Below are positions 34,886-39,983 of a stretch of 39,983 bases of DNA, in pieces (position 1 is the first letter of the stretch; the number at the start of each line of letters is the position of its first letter). This stretch comes from a virus (lineage: Duplodnaviria; Caudoviricetes). The stretch covers positions 1-39,983 of IMG/VR virus record IMGVR_UViG_3300048606_000101, one strand, 5' to 3'. The position numbers and the translations under genes are program-made. The notes beneath the pieces are model-generated. The model saw only the letters and a list, made by a program, of their open reading frames with translations, was not told the DNA's origin and did no database searches.

Positions 34886-36363
34886 GAATCCTGCTCATCG
34901 ATATTAGCTCACTTTTCCGGCCAATTTGGGAGATGTCGGGGCAGGAGGCCGACCAGGACCACGCGTCGCGCGCGACCGTTGGCGCCGTGCACGCGATGGC
35001 GCAGAACTTCGACCACGTCGCCGTCTGTTGCGATAGCCGCAAGAGCTGGCGCAGGGAGATGGCTCCCACGTACAAGGCAAATCGCCCCCCGTCGCAAGAG
35101 CCGATGCTGCATCAGCTCCGCCTCGCGCAAGAGCAGCTCGCGAAGGACGGCTTCCCCGTCTGGCAGGTCGAGGGGATGGAAGCCGACGACATCATCGCGA
35201 GCGCCGTCGAGCAGGCCGAGAAGATTCAGACGCACCTGAACGTTACGATTGCCTCTTCGGATAAAGACTTGACCCAGCTCGTAAAGCCAGGCGTCTCGGT
35301 GAAGTCGCTACGCACAGGCGACGTCATGGGCCCAGCCGAGGTGAAGGCGAAGTTCGGCGTCCTTCCCGAGCAGATGAAGGACTGGCTTTGCCTCGTCGGC
35401 GACTCGTCGGACAACATTAAGGGGGTCCCGGGCGTCGGCCCAAAGCGAGCCACGGACCTGCTTGTGACGCACGGAACGTTGTTCGACTTGTACGGCAAAC
35501 TTGGTGAGAGCTGCACCGTGCTCGGTCTGACGCCGTCGGTGTTCTCTGCCCTGAAAGAGAACGTTCAGGCCGTCGAGCTCGCGCGCAAGCTCATCACGCT
35601 GCGCACAGACGTGGAGCTGCCCTTCGAAGAGATATTCAAGCCGCGAGCACCGCAAAACGCTGAAGAACTTGCACAGGAGGAAGACGACATGGGCGACGAA
35701 ACGGTAACGGAAGACGGGGAAGTGGTTGCAACGCCTGAAGTGAAGAGCGAGAGCGTGAAGGTCGAACCGCCGCCGGCTACGCCCGCCTCCAACGTCGTCC
35801 AGATGCGCCCAGCCGACGAGCCGAAGGCCCAGTCCGCGGCGCTCGCCACGGTCGAATGGGAGGCGGAGCTCGAGCCGCGGTCCCCGTCGCAAGTCGTCAC
35901 CTACGCGAACAAGCTTTTCAACGCTCGCCTATTCGACGGATACGGGACGCCGGAGGGGGTCATGACGACAATCCTGCTCGGCCGCGAGCTCGGCATCGGC
36001 ATGATGGGAAGCCTCCGCGGGATTCACCTGATGGACGTGCGCGGCAAAAAGAAGCACGCCCTTTCGGCCGACCTGATGGCCGCGCTCGTGCTCCAGAGCG
36101 GCAAAGCCAAGTTCTTCGAGCCGGTCGAGCTCACGCCAACGTCGGCGACTTACCGCACGCATCGCGTCGGGGCGGAGAAGCCGTTCACGATGACGTTCAA
36201 CATCTCCGAAGCGAAGCAAGCGGGGCTCATCAAGCCAGGCGGCGGATGGGAGATGTGGCCGCTCGACATGTGCAAAGCGCGCTGCGTAGCCAGGCTCGCG
36301 CGCACGATCTATCCGGACGTCTGCTTCGGGCTGTACGTCTCGGAGGAATTGGAGGCAGCATGA
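34882..36363 (+). CDS. 5'-3' exonuclease (PolI N-terminal/FEN family) fused to a RecT-like ssDNA annealing protein
   Basis: N-terminal: LLIDIS, VCCDS..SWRRE..PTYKANR, EADDIIAS, SSDKDLTQL, LVGDSSDNIKGVPGVGPKRA. C-terminal: ILLGRELGIG.M.SLRGIH, FNISEAKQAGL, W..WP..M..AR..ARLAR..YPD...GLY..EE. Confidence 0.85.
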   Translation: MRILLIDISSLFRPIWEMSGQEADQDHASRATVGAVHAMAQNFDHVAVCCDSRKSWRREMAPTYKANRPPSQEPMLHQLRLAQEQLAKDGFPVWQVEGMEADDIIASAVEQAEKIQTHLNVTIASSDKDLTQLVKPGVSVKSLRTGDVMGPAEVKAKFGVLPEQMKDWLCLVGDSSDNIKGVPGVGPKRATDLLVTHGTLFDLYGKLGESCTVLGLTPSVFSALKENVQAVELARKLITLRTDVELPFEEIFKPRAPQNAEELAQEEDDMGDETVTEDGEVVATPEVKSESVKVEPPPATPASNVVQMRPADEPKAQSAALATVEWEAELEPRSPSQVVTYANKLFNARLFDGYGTPEGVMTTILLGRELGIGMMGSLRGIHLMDVRGKKKHALSADLMAALVLQSGKAKFFEPVELTPTSATYRTHRVGAEKPFTMTFNISEAKQAGLIKPGGGWEMWPLDMCKARCVARLARTIYPDVCFGLYVSEELEAA

Positions 36364-36689
36364 GCGATCCCACCCTGGTTGAGTGGATTCTTGCCGAGGC
36401 GAACGGGGAGGACATCGAAGCCGTCGTGATCGGAAACGATCTGCGCAAACAGAAGTGGATGAAGCGCGACTGGGACCCCGCCCTGGAGGACTTCAACAAG
36501 GTTCTGCCATGGAAAGAGGCGCGCAAGTATCTCGACTACCAGTTTGACGACAGCTTCGGCGCCGCGGGATGCGACCCGATCACGGCGTGGACCAAGAGCA
36601 AAGTTATCTTCGTTTCGGAGTACGACGGCTCAACTCGCATTCGTTCCGTGCCGCGACACCCGACGGACCACGAACCGGAGTACGCCTGA
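36360..36689 (+). CDS. Conserved phage hypothetical protein
   Basis: LDYQFDDSFGA.GC.PITAWT..KVIF..EYDGST....VPRHP. Confidence 0.7.
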   Translation: MSDPTLVEWILAEANGEDIEAVVIGNDLRKQKWMKRDWDPALEDFNKVLPWKEARKYLDYQFDDSFGAAGCDPITAWTKSKVIFVSEYDGSTRIRSVPRHPTDHEPEYA

Positions 36690-36880
36690 TGCGCGAAGCT
36701 CACCAGAGGCTCAGGTCGAAGGGGTCCGGCTCCATCTTCCGCGCGCCGAACGGCAGGATGGGCTGGCTCGCGAAGGGGCCTCGAATCAACGGCAGGGTGG
36801 AGCGTCTCGGCCACTTCGCCACGTATCGCGAGGCTGAGATGGCGATTGCGGCGCTTACCGCAGCAAGGAAGGTGGCGTGA
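36689..36880 (+). CDS. Stand-alone AP2/integrase-arm-type DNA-binding domain protein
   Basis: RSKGSGSIFR.PNGR.GW.A....NG....LG.FATY.EA. Confidence 0.6.
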   Translation: MREAHQRLRSKGSGSIFRAPNGRMGWLAKGPRINGRVERLGHFATYREAEMAIAALTAARKVA

Positions 36881-37059
36881 TGTCGGCAATCAAGATCGTG
36901 GGGACTCTCGCGGCGGCCGGGTTCTTCGTCTGGCTGATTGGGCAGATCGAGATGCCGCCGACGTGGAAGAAGATTTTCTACGGTGTCGCCATCCTGCTCC
37001 TGGTGCTCTGGCTCCTCGACGCCATGAACATCTTTCACACTGGCGTGAAGCTATGGTGA
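36877..37059 (+). CDS. Two-TM small membrane protein (Thivi_2564-like)
   Basis: TM-IEMPPTWKKI-TM pattern. Confidence 0.6.
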   Translation: MMSAIKIVGTLAAAGFFVWLIGQIEMPPTWKKIFYGVAILLLVLWLLDAMNIFHTGVKLW

Positions 37060-37448
37060 GCGCATCGGGTGTGTGCGAGACGTGCGCCTGCGGCGAAGGC
37101 CGCCACGCCGATTGGTGCTGGCGAAAGCCTCGCCCTCGTGCGCTCATCGACCCGACGGTCAAGTTCGACTGTACGACGTGCAGGACCACGTTTTATTCCG
37201 TCGCGCGATGCATGAACGGCTGCGAGCCACCCGAGCCACCGCCCGGAGTGCGGGAGGTGAACGTGAGCACAGCAACACCGACCATTGATGAGACGATCGA
37301 AACTTACGAAACTGAGATCCTCAGGCTCCGCGCCGAGAACGCGCGACTCCGGGAGCTACTCCGTGAGTCGGCGAGGGTGCACGGAGACGATGGCAACCAA
37401 GCCATGGAGCAGCACTTGTGCGATGCGCTGGGAGGCAAGGGAACGTGA
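37053..37448 (+). CDS. Cys-rich / coiled-coil hypothetical protein
   Basis: CETCAC, CTTC, CMNGC, LRAENARLRE. Confidence 0.5.
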   Translation: MVSASGVCETCACGEGRHADWCWRKPRPRALIDPTVKFDCTTCRTTFYSVARCMNGCEPPEPPPGVREVNVSTATPTIDETIETYETEILRLRAENARLRELLRESARVHGDDGNQAMEQHLCDALGGKGT

Positions 37449-37645
37449 ACGCTCCGAAGTGCGACGCCTGTCGCTTACAGCTGGGAAAACTCTACCGGGC
37501 CGTCGGCCAGTATGGGTGGTCGAACGAAACTGGCGAGCTGATAAAGGCAGAGTTGTGTAGCGACCACGCATCGATGCTGCGACAGAAAGCAAAAGTAGTT
37601 GTTCTCGCGTCGTATCGAAAGAAGCTGAAAGGCAAGGAAACGTGA
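37445..37645 (+). CDS. Small Zn-binding hypothetical protein
   Basis: CDAC...LCSDH; GTGA-coupled. Confidence 0.5.
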   Translation: MNAPKCDACRLQLGKLYRAVGQYGWSNETGELIKAELCSDHASMLRQKAKVVVLASYRKKLKGKET

Positions 37646-38406
37646 GCAACGAGAAAGGTACAGAACGCTGCAAGCCACCCGAGCCACCGCCCGAAGTGCC
37701 GTGCAAACACTACGTCAAGACGACCACCGACGGGCACAGCTGGGCTTGCGCCGCGTGCGCCGCGCCGATGCCCGAAGTGCCGGCGCCGGTCGACTCGGCG
37801 GAGCTTGCGGCGATCGTCAGCCAGCTAGAAGAAGACGAAGCCTTGGAGAAGGAGCGCAACGGCATACCTGTTGGCATGACCCTACATACCGAGCACCGTC
37901 GAGCGCTCCTTCGCATGGTGGACGGGCTGCGCGCCGAACTTGTGCGGACCAGGGAGATAAGCCACCGCTCATTAGCGCAGGCGGTAGAGCTGCGCAGAGA
38001 GCTGTCTGAGAACGTTGACGCCGTCATCTCCGAGCGGGACCGTTGTGAGCGGGCGGAGGAAGAACGCGACGAGCTGCGCGCGAAGCTGGCCGAGGCGGAC
38101 CTGGACGTCCAGGTTCACCGCGTGAAGTTCGATACGGTCAACCAGTGCATTCTGTGGGACACGCCATACCCGCGCGAAGCTGAACTATTGACCGAGTGCC
38201 GGCGCCAGGAGGAGCGAGCCGAAGCCGCTGAGGCCCGCGTGAAAGAGCTAACCGCAGAGAACGAGCTGCTCTTGCGCCAGCTCGCGCAGATGCGCCGTGG
38301 CCGCGACGCTGCTCTTCGGATGCACGAGATGATCGAGACTCGGCTTTTGGACCTAGAAGCGCAGGTTCGCGCAGAGCGCGGCGATGTGATAATTGGGGGG
38401 GTATGA
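37642..38406 (+). CDS. Coiled-coil hypothetical protein (Ead/Ea22-like architecture)
   Basis: CAAC motif then a long charged coiled coil (RAEAAEARVKEL). Confidence 0.6.
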   Translation: MSNEKGTERCKPPEPPPEVPCKHYVKTTTDGHSWACAACAAPMPEVPAPVDSAELAAIVSQLEEDEALEKERNGIPVGMTLHTEHRRALLRMVDGLRAELVRTREISHRSLAQAVELRRELSENVDAVISERDRCERAEEERDELRAKLAEADLDVQVHRVKFDTVNQCILWDTPYPREAELLTECRRQEERAEAAEARVKELTAENELLLRQLAQMRRGRDAALRMHEMIETRLLDLEAQVRAERGDVIIGGV

Positions 38407-38651
38407 GCAAGAGGCTACCACCCGAGAGGCTGGCCTTTCTCCGTCGCTCCGAGATGCTGCTGGTCGAGGAGCAGGAGGAGCTTTTTGGTCACATCGAGGC
38501 CGTGGAGGCGGAGAACGTGCGGCTACACGTTCTTCTTCGTGACCGGGGCCAGCGTGTCACGCAGCGCGGCGTCGTCGGCGTCTCGAGCCACCTCGGTCAG
38601 GTCGAACAGCACCGTCGGCTCATCGGCCGATGTAGTGCCCCCAAGGTCTAA
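38403..38651 (+). CDS. Hypothetical protein, last of the rightward arm
   Basis: ATGA-coupled; 3' end overlaps the endolysin convergently. Confidence 0.45.
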   Translation: MSKRLPPERLAFLRRSEMLLVEEQEELFGHIEAVEAENVRLHVLLRDRGQRVTQRGVVGVSSHLGQVEQHRRLIGRCSAPKV

Positions 38652-39215
38652 GCGCGCCCCCGCGGCTGCGTCGCGCACCGCGCGAATCGTCGCGCATATC
38701 TCGCCGCGGGTGACGCGGTTGTCGTTGTTGCCGGCCTTGTCGAAGCCGGCGTTCTGCTCGTATACGCGGCCGAGAAAGCCCTCCGCCCCGCGAGCCCCAA
38801 CGACGTAGTCATCGGCCCTGCCCATCGCGGCAGGGTAGAAGACGGCCAGGTAGCAGTCCTCGAGGCTGTGAATGCGAGCGGCGTAGGTGGCCAGGTAGCG
38901 CCGCACGTACTCCAGCTGCCTCACGAATGACATCGCCTCGAGGCCCGCTGTCGACGTCCCCAGCGCCTTGGCCGTCGCCGGCATGAATTGGATGAGCCCC
39001 ATGGCTCCGCTGTAGGGGACGCCGCGCTTCTCGGCGTCCTTCGCGGCCCAGTGGTTTCGCTGGGCAGGGGAGAACGAGCCGCCCGTCTCGAAGGAGACGA
39101 CGCACGCGAGCCAATCGGGGTCGATGGCGAGAGCGTCTGCGCACGCCAGAAACGCGTGGAGCTCCTCGGACGTGAGCTTGTCGATGCCTCGGACCTTGAG
39201 GATGGAGCGGCTCAT
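38523..39215 (-). CDS. Lytic transglycosylase (endolysin candidate)
   Basis: IDPDWL..VVSFETGGSFSP...SGAMGLIQFMP.TAK.LGT...QL.YV..Y...D.YLAVFYP: SLT-type lysozyme fold. Confidence 0.85.
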   Translation of the reverse strand: MSRSILKVRGIDKLTSEELHAFLACADALAIDPDWLACVVSFETGGSFSPAQRNHWAAKDAEKRGVPYSGAMGLIQFMPATAKALGTSTAGLEAMSFVRQLEYVRRYLATYAARIHSLEDCYLAVFYPAAMGRADDYVVGARGAEGFLGRVYEQNAGFDKAGNNDNRVTRGEICATIRAVRDAAAGARLDLGGTTSADEPTVLFDLTEVARDADDAALRDTLAPVTKKNV

Positions 39216-39499
39216 CGGACGAGCATCTCGAAGCAGCGAGCCCCAATGCGCGGCGTGCCGGCCGCCGTCGTTACCGTGCAGCTCACCTGGTAGGTGGCCC
39301 CCGCCGTGCCGTTGCGCAGCCAGATGGTCGACGTGGTCGCGTCGAACGCCGTCAGAAACGCGACGAGCACAGCGTCTGGCCCCGTGACCACGATGATCTG
39401 CGAGGCGATCGAATCTCCCTCGGCGAGCCAGCCCGACCAGTCGATCACGTAATCGAGCTGCTCCGCGGCAATCTTGTCCTTTCGGCCGAGCGTCTTCAT
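39212..39499 (-). CDS. Fibre-tail adaptor-like protein
   Basis: KD....LDYVIDWSGWL..GDSI...WL..GTAG.TY.V.C.VTT motif of phage fibre adaptors. Confidence 0.7.
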   Translation of the reverse strand: MKTLGRKDKIAAEQLDYVIDWSGWLAEGDSIASQIIVVTGPDAVLVAFLTAFDATTSTIWLRNGTAGATYQVSCTVTTAAGTPRIGARCFEMLVR

Positions 39500-39846
39500 G
39501 CGACCATCCGTTCTCGCTGAGGCACATCGAAGTGCCGGTCGTCGTCTCCGACGGAGAACCGCCGCACGTCACCCTGGACACCGAAGAGCCGGCTCGGGTC
39601 GACGAAGACTCCGCGCGCGACCACCGAGGCGTGAGAGAAGGCGCCGCCGTTGCCGGTCGCCGCGGCGTCCGTGCGCCAGACGACGACGGCGCTCGTCTCG
39701 CCGACGCCTGCTCCAGGGTTGGAATTGCCGAGCGACGCGATAACGGTCGCGGACGTCGAGCCCACCCCCGCCGCCGGCTTGGAGACGGTGGCGTCTCCTA
39801 CGTCGTCGAGTGCGCCTTGCGATACGGCGCCGAAGCCGAGGCTCAT
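39496..39846 (-). CDS. Virion-associated hypothetical protein
   Basis: MSLGFGAVSQGAL...; coupled to the wrapped tail-fibre stop. Confidence 0.6.
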   Translation of the reverse strand: MSLGFGAVSQGALDDVGDATVSKPAAGVGSTSATVIASLGNSNPGAGVGETSAVVVWRTDAAATGNGGAFSHASVVARGVFVDPSRLFGVQGDVRRFSVGDDDRHFDVPQRERMVA

Positions 39847-39856
39847 AGGGTCACCC

Positions 39857-39983
39857 GAGAGACGGCGCCGACACCAGCCACGCCGCCGGTCGTGCCGCTC
39901 GGAGCTCCGCCGGCCGCTCCGCCAATGGGGGTCGTCTCCGCGCCCACACCCGTGCCGAGGTTCATGATCGTGATGCGCCCGCT
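39857..39983 (+). repeat. Terminal direct repeat, copy 2
   Basis: Identical to 1-127. Confidence 0.95.

Larger units (their letters stand above)
1..39983. mobile_element. Complete temperate podovirus-like bacteriophage genome (circular contig, excised/attP form)
   Basis: Terminal 127-bp direct repeat; portal, TerL, MCP, nozzle, integrase, repressor and intact attP all present; no host housekeeping genes; no tape measure or sheath recognised. Confidence 0.95.

Noticed and set aside
34882-36363. Truncated DNA polymerase I
   Set aside because: No 3'-5' exonuclease or polymerase motifs follow the 5'-3' exonuclease; the C-terminus is RecT-like.

Overview
The window is an apparently complete, circularly permuted temperate phage genome of 39,856 bp plus a 127-bp terminal overlap. 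A tail-fibre ORF reads in frame across the junction. It is very GC-rich (about 70% by eye) with a podovirus-like layout. A minus-strand late operon runs portal > scaffold > major capsid > adaptor > nozzle > three large ejection-type proteins > tail-fibre/lysis genes > lytic transglycosylase. The terminase large subunit is inverted onto the plus strand. A cI/cro-like immunity region is bracketed by two identical 36-bp outward-facing promoters. A leftward early arm holds xis, a tyrosine integrase, an attP matching an Ala-type tmRNA/tRNA 3' end, a PAPS-reductase/NinC-like gene, a replication initiator with an internal origin, HNH, a DnaA domain IV protein, VRR-NUC, a TerS candidate and GroES. A rightward accessory/recombination arm follows. 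Cys-rich lipoproteins and GC content suggest a Myxococcota-like host (inference only). The most notable candidate system is a single gene fusing a complete PolI/FEN-type 5'-3' exonuclease to a RecT-like annealase, with a perfect internal AGGAGG-N8-ATG that would also yield free annealase. Also notable are an attP that splits a gene and cuts the replication arm from its promoter on integration, and a structured RNA switch candidate in the late operon. All calls come from motif recognition by eye; no database searches were run.
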